A stretch of DNA of 64,000 bases from Octopus sinensis (Eukaryota), in NCBI RefSeq assembly GCF_006345805.1, contig NW_021834509.1, forward strand, positions 7,023 to 71,022, given 5' to 3'. Of this stretch, positions 13,110 through 26,699 are shown piece after piece. Both the position numbers and the translations under genes were made by a program. Position 1 is the first letter of the stretch, and each line of letters starts with the position of its first letter. The notes beneath the pieces were generated by a model that saw nothing but the letters and a program-made list of their open reading frames with translations, did not search any database and was not told where the DNA came from.

Positions 13110-13700
13110 ATAATACATATATATATATATATACGTAATATACGTAGACATACGTGTATATATTTGTATATATATGTATCAACATACATGTACATTTACA
13201 TGCACATGTTCACACATGCGCATATATGTGTATGTATGCATGTATATATGTATGTATATGCATGTATTTATATATGTATATATATATAAATATATATACA
13301 CACACGCATATGTCTGTGTGTGTGTGTGTGTGTGTGTGTTTAATATATCCCGAGGAATCATTTCGTTTCAGCTCCGTAAGTACTTTGGACTCGGACCAAG
13401 GAAATTACAACTTTCTGGTATGAATCCTAGTCGAAAGGAAAATATTTCTGGCAAACACTAACCCAGCAAGAAATAGAATTATCATCGCATCTATATTTTG
13501 ATAAAAATTCAATTAGGCAGTGCAAAACTCGAATTATAAAATGCTTTAAAATAATGCCTTTTAAATACGATGCGATATACGTAAGATATCACATTATATC
13601 TTATTAGGATGGCGAGAGGAAAGTGATAGCGAGAGAGAGAGGAAAAGAGAGAGAAGAGGGAAAAGGAAATTTTCACGTATAGCACTGTATACTGCTTTCA

Positions 13701-14092
13701 TTTACTCTTTTCTTTTACCTCTTTTACTTGTTTCAGTCATTTGACTGCCGCCATGCTGGAGCACCGCCTTTAGTCGAGCAAATAGACGCCCCAGGACTTA
13801 TTCTTTGTACTCCTTGAACCTATTCTATCGGTGTCTTTTGCCGAACCGCTAAGTTACGGGGACGTAAACACACCAGCATCGGTTGTCAAGCGATTTTGGG
13901 GGGACAAACATAGACACACAAACATTATACGCACATGCATATATATATATACATATATACGACGGGCTTCTTTCAGTTTCCGCCGACTAAATCCACTCAC
14001 AAGGCTTTGGTCTGCCGGAAGCTAAAGTAGAAGACACTTGCCCAAAATGCCACACAGTGGGACTGAACCCGGAACCATGTGGCTGGTAGGCA
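13701..14092 (-). mobile_element. SINE family S2 (tRNA head, CORE-like domain)
   Basis: Reverse complement of gggcaagtgtcttctac...gccttgtgagtggattt...ggtgctccagcatggc...gactgaaacaagtaaaagag. The head is cut where an S1 copy begins. Confidence 0.85.
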
Positions 14093-14095
14093 AAA

Positions 14096-14410
14096 GGGCG
14101 GCGAGCTGGCAGAAACGTTAGCACGCCGGGCGAAATGCGTAGCCGTAGTTCGTCTGCCATTACGTTCTGAGTTCAAATTCCGCCGAGGTTGACTTTGCCT
14201 TTCATCCATTCGGGGTCGATTAAATAAGTGTCAGTTACTGTGGTCGATATAATCGACTTAATCCGTTTGTCTGTCCTTGTTGGTCCTCTCTGTGTTTAGC
14301 CCCTTGTGGGTAGTAAAGAAATAGGTATTTCGTCTGCTGCTACGTTCTGAGTTCACATACCGTCGTGATTGACTTTGCCTTTCATCCTTTCGGGGTCGAT
14401 AAATTAAATA
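14096..14410 (+). mobile_element. S1 SINE with partial tandem re-start
   Basis: A full copy runs to 14330, then internal sequence repeats from the shared ggtattt. Confidence 0.85.
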
Positions 14411-14714
14411 CTTGTGTTTATTTACGTTGTTTAAGCCCCGAGTTGAAAACATTCCGAGGTCAATATTGCATTTCATCTCTTCTTTGTAGTACTGAAATAT
14501 GTCCTACATATTTCTTTAGTTCTTGTTTTAGCCTCAGAATCTATATCCTGCCTCTCACAAAATGTGTTACGCCTTCAGCAGCTATAATCATAGAACGAAG
14601 TGGAAAACATGATCAACAAAATCATTGTTATGGAAATTAATAAACGTATTCATTCAAAGACAAATATAGACATCTATAAAGTATGGATATCCGCGACTCC
14701 TGTTATATCGTTAT

Positions 14715-15105
14715 GGATGGATGGAAGCACTCCGTCGGTTACGACGACGAGGGTTCCGGTTGATCCGAATCAACGGAACAGCCTGCTCGTGATATTAACG
14801 TGTAAGTGGCTGAGCACTCCACAGACACGTGCACCCTTAACGTAGTTCTCGGAGATATTCAGCGTGACACAGAGAGTGACAAGGCCGGCCCCTTGAAATA
14901 CAGGTACAACAGAAACAGGAAGTAAGAGTGAGAGAAAGTTGTGGTGAAAGAGTACAGCAGGGATCACCACCATCCCCTGCCGGAGCCTCGTGGAGCTTTA
15001 GGTGTTTTCGCTCAATAAACACTCACAACGCCCGGTCTGGGAATCGAAACCGCGATCCTATGACCGCGAGTCCGCTGCCCTAACCACTGGGCCATTGCGC
15101 CTCCA
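14715..15105 (-). mobile_element. S3 SINE, tail A, with 12-bp TSD
   Basis: ttatatcgttat at 14703-14714 and 15106-15117. Confidence 0.9.
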
Positions 15106-15872
15106 TTATATCGTTATATACCTACCACAGACACAAAGGTGGGCGATGCGTTGCTGAACAGAACGTCGTTTAATCTCTAGTTGCCTCCGTTCACAATTTG
15201 AGTTCAATCTTCACCAATAATCTTAGCCTTTCTTTCCTTCCAAATGATTCAAATTAAAATAAATACAATTAGTCATATTTTCGACTCTTTGTTTCATGAT
15301 GTATAAATAATTACCTTTGCCTCATGAATCTGCGTGCTTTTCTTATTCCCAGCTGCTTACTTATCTTCATTATATTTCTATTCGATTTCCCAATATATTT
15401 CAAATCACTCCTGTCTATATACAACAGTATTTTTCTCCTTGTGTTCTTTAATTAAATTATTAGATTTACCTTTATTTTTCTATTAGCTGCTTTCTTGCGG
15501 TTCTGTTGCAGCTATTTTATAATAACTATGAATTCGCACGACTATTCTCCTTCTCTAGCGCTCTCCTTACGCTGTCTGCAGCAAATTTAATGATAGAGTA
15601 TTAGAAATTCTTTCTAAAGTTTCTTTGTTTTCCTGTCTAAGTTTCTAAATTTAATTTCCAATTTATTACATCAAAACTAGCTAATTACTAGAATATATTG
15701 TGTGTTTATACCAATTACTATTTTTTCCGCATTTCCTTCCTCTAACAATGATCATTTTCATTTATATATATATATATGTAACGTCTTCCTATATTTGTAA
15801 ATATTATAAAAACAACACATAAGTTCTTATTCCAAATCTTTGATTTCTATATCATTATCTATCTTGATTCTA

Positions 15873-16086
15873 AGGTGGCGAACTGACAGAATCGTTAGCC
15901 CGTCGGACGAAATACTTAGCGACATTTCGTCCGTCCTTATGTTCTGAGTTCAAATTCTGTCGAGGTCGAGTTTGTCTTTCATCCTTTCGTTGGTCGATAA
16001 AATAAGTATCAGCTATGTACTTGGGTGGATGTAATCGATTAACCTTCTTCCCCACAATTTCAGGCCTTGTGCCTATAGTAGAAACG
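15873..16086 (+). mobile_element. S1 SINE with 19-bp TSD
   Basis: attatctatcttgattcta at 15854-15872 and 16087-16105. Confidence 0.9.
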
Positions 16087-16751
16087 ATTATCTATCTTGA
16101 TTCTATCATAATTGAGTATGGTAAATGGTGAGAATCGAAGCAGAGCCAAACAGTGTGACATTCAATATTCATTTTTAATTGCTTCTTTTATGTTCTGACC
16201 CGGGTGAAAATGTCATCTACACTTATCTTTCCATGGGATATTAAAATAAATGCTAATTATGAATCCCCACCAGAAATTTGTGGTTTTTACCAAATCATCA
16301 TTATTACTAGTGGGACCTGCGGAAATTCTGTTCACAAATTTATAGATCTCATAACAATGACGACCAGTCAGCAGAACCATTAGAGCGCCAAACAAAATGT
16401 TTTGCGGTAAGTGTGTTGGGCTCTTATTAATTTACCTTGATGGGGTTTGAACTCCGAGGTAAAATTCACCCTCATCTTTTCAGAGGTAAGAAAATATAGT
16501 ATCAATCAAGTACTGGGATCGATTTAATCGACAAAACCCTTTCTTCAAAATTTCAGGCATTGAACCTGTATTAGAAACAAAGACTTTCATTATGTTTTCA
16601 ATTTCGTTCCACAGTTAAGGTTGCTGAAAGCATAACATCCAACAGACGGGACAAGCAAAGTAATAGAAAGACTGGTTTCAAATTTTGGCGTGCAAACGAT
16701 TCTGCGAGTTTGCCGCCTTGTATAATATTATGAATATCATATGGATTAACA

Positions 16752-16897
16752 GTGGTAAGTAGCTTGCTTACTAGCCACATGGTTCCGGGTTCAGTCCCAC
16801 TGCGTGGCATCTTGAGCAAGTATCTTCTACTATTGTCTCAGGCCGACCAAAGCCTTGTGTGTGGATTTGGTAGATGGAAACTGAAAGAAGCTCGTCG

Positions 16898-16937
<40 letters not shown>

Positions 16938-17171
16938 GGGGGCGTGTATACGTTTGTGTATCTGTGTTTGTCCCACCAGCATCGCTTGACAACCGATGGT
17001 GGTGTGTTTACGTCCCCGTAACTTAGCGGTTCGGCAAAAGGGTCCGATAGAATAAGTACTTGGCTTCCAAAGAATAAGTCCTGGGGTCGATTTGCTCGAC
17101 TAAAGGCGGTGCTCCAGCATGGCCGCAGTCAAATGACTGAAACAAGTAAAAGAGTAAAAGAGCAAAAGAGT
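16752..17171 (+). mobile_element. S2 SINE
   Basis: Head, CORE-like body, internal (TA)/(TG)n and (AAAAGAGT)n tail. Confidence 0.9.
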
Positions 17172-17562
17172 AATGTGATAATGGTGAATGGTAGATAATT
17201 ATTAGTAGATCACCGATTACTTAGTTGTACTCATTTACATTTTGTTTCAACTTTGCCACTCATTCCTCAACAAATGAGGTAAAATGAGTCTATTAAAGAA
17301 ATACCAGTCATTCAGAGGGATGCATTCAATTGACTACATTTTGCCTTGTTGTGGAATTTGTCTTAATGTTTCTGATGTTATTTTAGCTATTAATCTATTC
17401 CACTGAAAATGTGAGTCGCAGTACTGTTTGTGTTATTATGTTGGGTAATTGTGTATCACATATATTGAGTTGGTTGGTCAGTGTTATATGTTTTAATGTA
17501 CGATCAGGGCTGTGTAGAGTATGTTGTATTATAGTAATGGGGTGTATTTGTGTAGGATATTT

Positions 17563-17788
17563 GCGAGCTGGCAGAAACGTTAGCACGCTGGGCGAAATGC
17601 TTGGTGGTATTTCGTCTGCCGTTACGGTCTGAGTTCAAATTCCGCCGAGGTCGACTTTGCCTTTCATCCTTTCTGGGTCGATAAAATAAGTACCAGTTAC
17701 GCACTGGGGTTGATGTAATCGACTTAATCCCGTTGTCTGTCCTTGTTTGTTCCCTCTATGTTTAGCCACTTGTGGGCAATAAGAAATA
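17563..17788 (+). mobile_element. S1 SINE
   Basis: Near-consensus copy. Confidence 0.9.
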
Positions 17789-17809
17789 TGAATTACACTA
17801 GACAACAAA

Positions 17810-18420
17810 GGGTAGGTATTTGTGATATTTGTATGTTTGTGTGCTGAGGAAGTTCATCATAGAGGAATGTTTCTTCTATGTGTGAATTTCGTGTGTTGTA
17901 TATATTCAATTTTCAAGTTCAGGAAAAGAAACCATCCAGGTGGGGTTAGCGGCGCGGATGGTGTTTCCTTTTTGTAGTGTCTAAGTGTAAAAAACTACTT
18001 GTGTATGCGGGGAGAGAAGGTTTCATCCCTAATATTTTGGATATCTGTTGATTGTATATTTAGATTTTCAGTGTTACAGAGCTAACATTTGGTATCCTGT
18101 TCTCTGTATTTTCTGGCTTAAGCAATGATATTCTATTTTATCTGGGGGTTACTTATTCCTCCTTCTTTCAATGTCCATATCATATTAGATAGGGATGTTT
18201 ATTTTTGTTCCCAAATGATGCCAGACGTTGTGAGCATCTTTTCTTGAACGAGTAGCCCGTCATTCCGATATATGTTATTGTTACTCTGTTGGGTTCATGA
18301 TTTTGGCCTTGTATATAAGTTCTTTTTCCAGACAGTTGTTATGTGGAAGTCAGCGATTTGGAAATCTACTGTTACATTGTCTTCCGGGGTATTTCTGGTA
18401 CGTTTTTTTTTTGGCTGTTT
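17810..18420 (-). mobile_element. Penelope-like GIY-YIG endonuclease relic
   Basis: Manual minus-strand translation across stops/frameshifts gives CLEKELIYKAKI...IGMT..SFKKR...LSNMIWTLKE...KC*LCNTENLNI. Confidence 0.7.
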
Positions 18421-18725
18421 CCATTGAACAGACATACACACTGAATAAGTAAATTCTGATAATACTAATAAGAACCATCATTATTATTAGCTCCTCAATG
18501 TCTTGGGCCCTTGTGGCCAATAAATAAAATCTTCATCATTCTTCTTCTTCTTCTTCTTCTTCTTCTTCTTCTTCTTCTTCTTCTTCTTCTTCTTCTAATA
18601 TTTCAAATTGCGCCGAGATTATCATTTCGGAGTAGATAAACTAAGTACTAGTCGAACACTGAGTCGTTGTAATCGACTTACCCACTCTCCTCGAAATATC
18701 AGGCTTTGTGCCTTTAATAGAAAGG

Positions 18726-18765
<40 letters not shown>

Positions 18766-18986
18766 CTTCTTTCTTCAGATTTTCTTCCGTTTTCTTGCCG
18801 AATATTTTTCCGTACACCTAGGGCAGAGAAGCTCATTATATGCATTCCAAGATTACACACGCAAATTCACATGTAAAATATGTATCTAAAAAATTAATAA
18901 AAAATAAATTCATGAATGGATGTTGTTTTCACAGCGATAATGCTCTTTTCAGTACATGAGCCGTTCCATGAGACGTTATTATTATT

Positions 18987-19346
18987 AGGGCAGCGGACTC
19001 GCGGTCGTAGGGTCGCGGTTTCGATTCCCAGACCGGGCGTTGTGAGTGTTTATTGAGCGAAAACACCTAAAAGTTCCACGAGGCTCCGGCAGGGGATGGT
19101 GGTGATCCCTGCTGTACTCTTTCACACAACTTTCTCTCACTCTTACTTCCTGTTCTGTTGTACCTGTATTTCAAGGGGCCGGCCGGCTTGTACTCTCTGT
19201 GTCACGCTGAATATTCCCGAGAACTACGTTAAGGGTGCACGTGTCTGTGGAGTGCTCAGCCACTTACACGTTAATTTCACGAGCAGGCTGTTCCGTTGAT
19301 TCGGATCAACCGGAACCCTCATTGTCGTAACCGACGGAGTGCTTCC
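18987..19346 (+). mobile_element. S3 SINE, tail A (5' trimmed)
   Basis: Matches 9546-9934; embedded in (TTA)n. Confidence 0.9.
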
Positions 19347-19359
19347 TATTATATTATTA

Positions 19360-19407
<48 letters not shown>

Positions 19408-19421
19408 CATTATTATTATTA

Positions 19422-19454
<33 letters not shown>

Positions 19455-19471
19455 CTTATTATCATTATTTA

Positions 19472-19688
19472 GGCGGCGAGCTGACAGAGTCGTTAGCACA
19501 CTGGGCGGAGTGTTTAGCGGTATTTCGTCCGTCGCTGCGTTCTGAGTTCAAAATCCCGCCGAGGTCGACTTTACCTTTCATCCTTTCGGAGTCGAATAAA
19601 TTAAGTACCAGCGAAATTCTGGAGTCGATGTAATTGACTAGTCCCGTACCCATAAACCTCAGGCCTTGTGCCTATAATAGAAAGGATC
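19472..19688 (+). mobile_element. S1 SINE
   Basis: Matches the S1 consensus. Confidence 0.85.
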
Positions 19689-19706
19689 ATTATTATTATT
19701 ATTATT

Positions 19707-20228
<522 letters not shown>

Positions 20229-20823
20229 TTGTTTGCTATTGAATGCTGCTTTATATCGTGGAGAGGAGAACAGGATGTTTTCTTCTTATAATAGCTGCGG
20301 GAATCTTAAAGACCGTGTTTCATCTAATTATTATTTTACTTCTATCCTGCCAGCTTGACCTTTTATCACCAGAGTTTATTTTGGTAAAAACGTCTTTTAT
20401 CTTCAGCTGACACTTGAGTAAGCTTGTGGCATCTTTGAACCCTATTGAACACATTCTTCACCATAGATTCAATCGAATCAGCCACACTATGTATCGAAAC
20501 TTCGCAGGATTGTATTTGCGAATCGATGTGTATAAAATTGTGTGCGCGGATTTTTGTTTGTAGATATACATATATAGATATTTGAAAACATGCATGCATA
20601 CACACTTACACACACACACAGATAAACACAAGCGCGCGCGCACACACACACACAGACGCATATACATATACCTCTCTCACTCTCTTTCTCTCTCTCCCTT
20701 TCTCTCTCTCTCTCTATATATATATATATGTCTAATATGCATATATGTATGTTCGTATATAAAGTTATATATACCGCACACCCACCCATACACAAACACA
20801 CATAATACGTACACACACACATA

Positions 20824-20865
<42 letters not shown>

Positions 20866-21947
20866 TATCTATATATATATATATAATATATATATATATA
20901 TATAGTATATGTATATAATATATATATGTATATATATATATATGTATATATCTTCTATATATATATATATATATAATGTATATACATATATATATGTATA
21001 TACACACATATATATACAGGTATATATATAATAGATATGTATATATATATATATATATATACACACATTATATCTATATAATAACTTTATACACAAATAG
21101 AAGTACACATTCATATATATATATAATATTATCTATATATATAATCTATATATATATTATATATATATCTGACTGTATATGTGTGTTGTGTGTCTGCGTA
21201 TATGCTGTGTGTGCATGCATGTGCTTGCTTTCGCGTGTGTGTATGTATCCGTGTGAGTGTGTGTGTGTATCCGTATGTCTGTGTGTTTATGAGTGCATTC
21301 GTGATTTAGTGATTCTGTGTATGTGTGTGTATATTTGTGTGTGTGTGTGTGTGTGAGTAAGCGCCAATTCCGGTCTTTGGAGATTCATTTCTCTGCTTCA
21401 TTACACTCAACCGAGCACACATATAGACACACAGCTAAGCATACACACACATACACTCAGAAAACACACACATACACACAGAAACGTACAGTGAAGCATT
21501 CACATACACATTTACATAGACTTATATAAACAGCCAAAATAGAAAAACCCCTATGTGCATACAGACACTGGCACACACATACACATATATGCGTTCATAT
21601 ATACATACATGCATACATAAATACATACGCCTGCGCACAAACACGCACTCATTCACATATATGTATGTATATGCATACATATGTTTATACTGAAGAACAT
21701 CGACGTATATGTACACAAATTCAAACAGCTAAACTACTAAAATTTATATGCATATATGCACACATAATTATATTTACATACATTTATGTTCAACAAGATA
21801 GAAGCATTGAGATTCATATAACGAACGGAAATAGAACAAATCTATTCATATATACATACATACATACTTATATACACATGTACATACTGAAAAACATCCA
21901 CAGGAAAACACCTTCACACAATCGCACATATATTCCATATATATTCA

Positions 21948-21983
<36 letters not shown>

Positions 21984-22262
21984 GTAGTAGTATACATAGA
22001 TCCATTTGTATAAGTTGCATACACACCCTTATACATTCATACGTACAAGAATATAAAACATGCTTTGATAGATATAATTATAACATACAATCATATACAT
22101 ACACCCCATGAGAAAGTGGAACATATATACATAGATTACGTGCACGCACACACACACATCCATCCATCTATCCATCCATCCATCAACCTATCTATCCATC
22201 CATCAATTCATCAAACTATCTATCCATCCCCATCCATCCATCCATCCATCATCCATCGATCC

Positions 22263-22349
<87 letters not shown>

Positions 22350-22724
22350 CATCTATCTATCTATCTATCTATGCATGCACACGCACACATAACATACATC
22401 ATACATGTACATACACACACATATATACATACATACATACAGACATACATAAATACATACATACATGCATACATACATACATACATACATACATACATAC
22501 ATACATACATACATACATACATACATACATACATACATACACACAAACCACCCATGCCCTGATACTTATGAGTTCGCGTCTGATTACATGGCCACCCAAC
22601 CGTATCTGATCCTGATTTTTCACAAAACAACATTGCTAGTTTGAAGAATGCAACACTCGCGTACATATATATGTGTATGTGTGTGTGTGTGTGTGTGTGT
22701 ATAAATGTATATATTTAAATATAC

Positions 22725-22780
<56 letters not shown>

Positions 22781-22802
22781 ATATATATATATATATATAA
22801 TA

Positions 22803-23328
22803 CTAGCAGTATCGCCCGGCGTTGCTCGGGTTTGTAAGGGAAATAACTATATAAGCATTTTTAGAGAGTTACTTCCCTTATAGATGCCAATTCGGGCTTT
22901 CTTAGCCATTTCTGTTTTGGTGTCTTCAAGCCATGAAGTCGTTGTTCTAAAAGAACGCTGGTCTCCTTGACAACGCTTTACGACGTTGATTTCCTTACAC
23001 TCCCTTCCCCACAGCTTCACGAGGGAGGGAAGAAGGGGGAGGCAAAGAGAGAAGCAAACAGGTGCAGGTGTGACCATGGACGCCAACTCCGCCGCCATCG
23101 ACACACGAAAAAATTATGCATTAAAATGGAATAAAAAAATGATGTTTAATTATTTTTTAAAATCGTATAGACTCATCGTAGATGCGCGATAATACGCAGA
23201 CGGGCTCGATATGAATCACGACTATAAGATACCCGAATTTGGTTAACTGCACCGCAAAATGTGAGAATAGTTAGGAATCTAAATCGAAGGGGACAGACAC
23301 TCACACAACTACAGTTTTATATATATAA
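22803..23328 (-). mobile_element. Non-autonomous Helitron
   Basis: CTAG at 22803-22806 plus hairpin cccggcgttgctcggg; both ends are homologous to 35108-35504. Confidence 0.8.
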
Positions 23329-23359
23329 TATATATATCTATATATATATATATAATTAT

Positions 23360-23750
23360 GGGCGCAGGAGTGGCTGTGTAGTAAGTAGCTTGCTAACCAA
23401 CTACATGGTTCCGGGTTCAATCCCACTGCGTGTGCATCTTGGGCAAAGTGTCTTCTGCTATAGCCCCGGCCGACAATGCCTTGTGAGTGGATTTGGTAGA
23501 CGGAAACTGAAAGAACCTCCTGTCGTATATGTATATATATAATATATGTGGTGTGTGTGTTTGTGTGTCTGTGTTTGTCCCCCTAGCATTGCTTGACAAC
23601 CGATGCTGGTGTGTTTACGTCGCCGTCACTTAGCGGTTCGGCAAAAGAGACCGATAGAATAAGTACTGGGCTTACAAAGAATAAGTCCCGGGGTCGATTT
23701 GCTCGACTAAAGGCGGTGCTCCAGCATGGCCGCAGTCAAATGACTGAAAC

Positions 23751-23752
<2 letters not shown>
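23360..23752 (+). mobile_element. S2 SINE, full length
   Basis: ggcgcaggagtggctgtgtagtaagtagcttgc head through gactgaaacagt tail. Confidence 0.9.
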
Positions 23753-23797
<45 letters not shown>

Positions 23798-23888
23798 TAG
23801 TAGGTCCCGGGTTGAGTCAGGGTTTAACCACAGTAAATAAGGTACTCAATACATAGCAGAGTAAGTAAATTAATTTATTTATAGAAGG

Positions 23889-23939
23889 AGCTTCTACAGG
23901 ACTAGAACTGTTTCATTCAAATGAAATCATCAGGAAGCT
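23889..23939 (-). ncRNA. Type I hammerhead ribozyme motif (left arm)
   Basis: Exact reverse complement of 24401-24451. Confidence 0.65.
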
Positions 23940-24400
23940 TTGTGTCAAGAATAGTTTTGCCATTTATACATTTAGGCAGATTTAAAGGGGTGGTGGTGGG
24001 GGACTTTTTGGGGTAGGCATGGCGCAAACTGTCTTTCTTAGGGGAGTGGTCAAAATAATCAGTGATAAAGTAGATGAATGAATAAATAGAATAATAGAAT
24101 AGAGTTTTAGGTAAATAAGAAGACTATATGCGAGCACACGCACACACATATCTACACACATATATATAAAAAAAATATATATTGTGTGTAGATATGTGTG
24201 TGCGTGTGCTCGCATATAGTCTTCTTATTTACCTAAAACTCTATTCTATTATTCTATTTTCATTCATTACTTTATCACTGATTATTTTGACCACTCCCCT
24301 AAGAAAGACAGTTTGCGCCATGCCTACCCCAAAAAGTCCCCACCACCACCCCTTTAAATCTGCCTAAATGTATAAATGGCAAAAACTATTCTTGACACAA

Positions 24401-24451
24401 AGCTTCCTGATGATTTCATTTGAATGAAACAGTTCTAGTCCTGTAGAAGCT
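24401..24451 (+). ncRNA. Type I hammerhead ribozyme motif (right arm)
   Basis: AGCTTC CTGATGA T TTC ATTT GAA T GAAA CAG TTCTAGTC CTG TA GAAGCT. Stem I is 6 bp, stem III is ACAG/CTGT, and predicted GUA cleavage is after 24445. Confidence 0.65.
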
Positions 24452-24461
24452 CCTTCTATAA

Positions 24462-24493
<32 letters not shown>

Positions 24494-24891
24494 CTACATT
24501 TAAATATATATATATCTACATTTAAATATGAGAAGGCTGCGCTTGGAGGCGTAAGAGAATATATTTTTTCAATGCGTCTGGCGTTATAACATCTGGTGGA
24601 CGTCACAGACAAGAGAGATAACTCGCATCAGATTCCATTCAAGAGCCATGAGCGACGTTTCGTCATTTTTGTGATTACCCACGAACTAGCAAAACACATA
24701 ACTCGTGTATATGTGTTTGCTATTGCTTATATACCTCGAAGTGTTTTTAACTTATATTTGAAGTTTTTCCGTGGTATCAAACGTTGGGACATATTAGCAG
24801 ATCGTTCTTACACCGCTTTGCATATTGTCGTAGACAGTGGTTCAGCTTACATCGGGCCTCGTTTAGGGTACGCGGTATTGACAAGTCACAA

Positions 24892-25122
24892 GGCGGCGAG
24901 CTGGCAGAATCGTTAGCACGCCGGGCGAAATGCTAAGCGGTATTTCGTCTGCCGTTATGTTCTGAGTTCAAATTCCGCCGAGGTCGACTTTGCCTTTCAT
25001 CCTTTCGGGGTCGATTAAATAAGTACCAGTTACGCACTGGGGTCGATATAATCGACTTAATCCGTTTTTCTGTCCTTGTTTGTCCTCTCTGTGTTTAGCT
25101 CGTTGTGGGTAGTAAAGAAATA
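24892..25122 (+). mobile_element. Young S1 SINE with 18-bp TSD
   Basis: ggtattgacaagtcacaa at 24874-24891 and 25123-25140; near-consensus body. Confidence 0.92.
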
Positions 25123-25370
25123 GGTATTGACAAGTCACAAAAATGACTTATCAATACGAAACGTTGATGTCTATCGCTTCTGAATGGGATCTGACGCGAG
25201 TTATCTCGCTTGTTATGACTTCCAGATGTTTTAACAACAGGCGCATGATGAGAATATATTCTCTTACGCCTATCAGCGCAGCCTACCTACGAACTAGCAA
25301 AACGCATACCATGTATATGTGTGTTCGATATTGTTCATATGCATATATATATATATATATAATATATATA

Positions 25371-26666
25371 CAAGGTGGAGGGAAGTAATTAGGCATTAAA
25401 ATTTGGTTATAAAATCATATTCCTTTTACAAATTTATTGAAACAAATAATACATGTTCTTTATTACATGGGAAAATGAAAGTAAATTGTCATATTTCAAC
25501 GTAATCACCGGCGACAATAACCAGTTATCTCAAACGGCCAAGGATGGAATAAACAACCTTCTGAAGGACGTCGTCTGAGGTATCATTGAGAAAGTCCTGA
25601 ATCCGTGTCTTCAAGTACTCCAGTGTGCGAGGTTTTGTCTAGTACTCCTCCACTTTTGTGCAACCCCACAGGTAAAAAATCACACGGAGGAGGGAGATCT
25701 GGACATTTTGGAGGCCTATTCATGGGGCCCACGTCGTTCCATCCAACGTCCTGGAGAATGTTGGTCTAACCACGCACGCGCAGTAAGAGAAAAATGGGGT
25801 CGTGCACCATCCTGCATGAATATCCGATTACCAATGTTATCCAAGCCAGGCACCGTGGGTCACACGTAATTTTCGAACATCTCTCCATATTCATGGTGTC
25901 ACGCGGAAGATATGGGTCGACGACTCTTGTTGCTGTCATTCCGCATCACACGGTCCTTTTTGGTCGAGCTTGCATCCTCTCAACCGTCATGTTTATCAAC
26001 CGTCATCTTTATCACACGATACCCAATAACGGTAGTTGTGACGATTGATGAAACCACTATCAGAGAATGCAGCCTCGTCACCCCAGAGGATGTTTTGAAA
26101 CAATTCAGGCCAATATTCATGCCAAGCTAGTATTAACTCTCCATATTCCATTCTGCGATCACTCTTCAGGTTTTAGCTCCTGCACATAATGGGGTTTACA
26201 CGGACGAAAATTCAGTTCTTTAGGCAACACCGTACGTATTGTATGTCTTGTTAGTCCACTTTCACGAGCTGCTTGAACTGTTGACTTTTGCAGGCTGCGA
26301 TTAAACATTTCCTGCTCTGTTGCCACGCTCTCCACTGATCGGGATGTGGTTGGACGGCCACTTCTTGCATCGTTCACAAAGCCCGTGGTCATCAACTTTG
26401 CATGACAACTTTTTATTGTCTCCAGACGTAATGTTGTATGCTTATCTTTCCATCCTTGCCACCATCTTTGAACCAAAACAGTGGAATCCCACAAGTTATG
26501 GCATTCTGATATCTTAGCTCTGTCCTGAACATTCAAGCAACCGGCGATTAAGAAATAAGAAATAAGACAATAAGAAATTCCCATTAGTGTTGTCTGTTTT
26601 AAAAATGTTTTCCTCATCACTTCAGTGATACTAAAAATTCTATAAGTAATTTCCACCAACCCTCTG
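25371..26666 (-). mobile_element. Decayed near-full-length Tc1/mariner (maT/rosa-like) transposon
   Basis: ORF 26159-26659 contains GRPTTSRS, KSTVQAARESGL and NFRPCKPHYVQEL. A downstream WPPRSPDL-like relic is present, with degenerate TIRs next to TA. Confidence 0.8.
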
Positions 26667-26699
26667 TGTGTGTATATATATATATATCTATAGATTAAA

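Larger units (their letters stand above)
23871..24470. repeat. Near-perfect inverted repeat (about 290-bp arms, about 20-bp TA/A spacer)
   Basis: 23871-24161 is the reverse complement of 24182-24470 apart from a few small indels. Confidence 0.95.
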
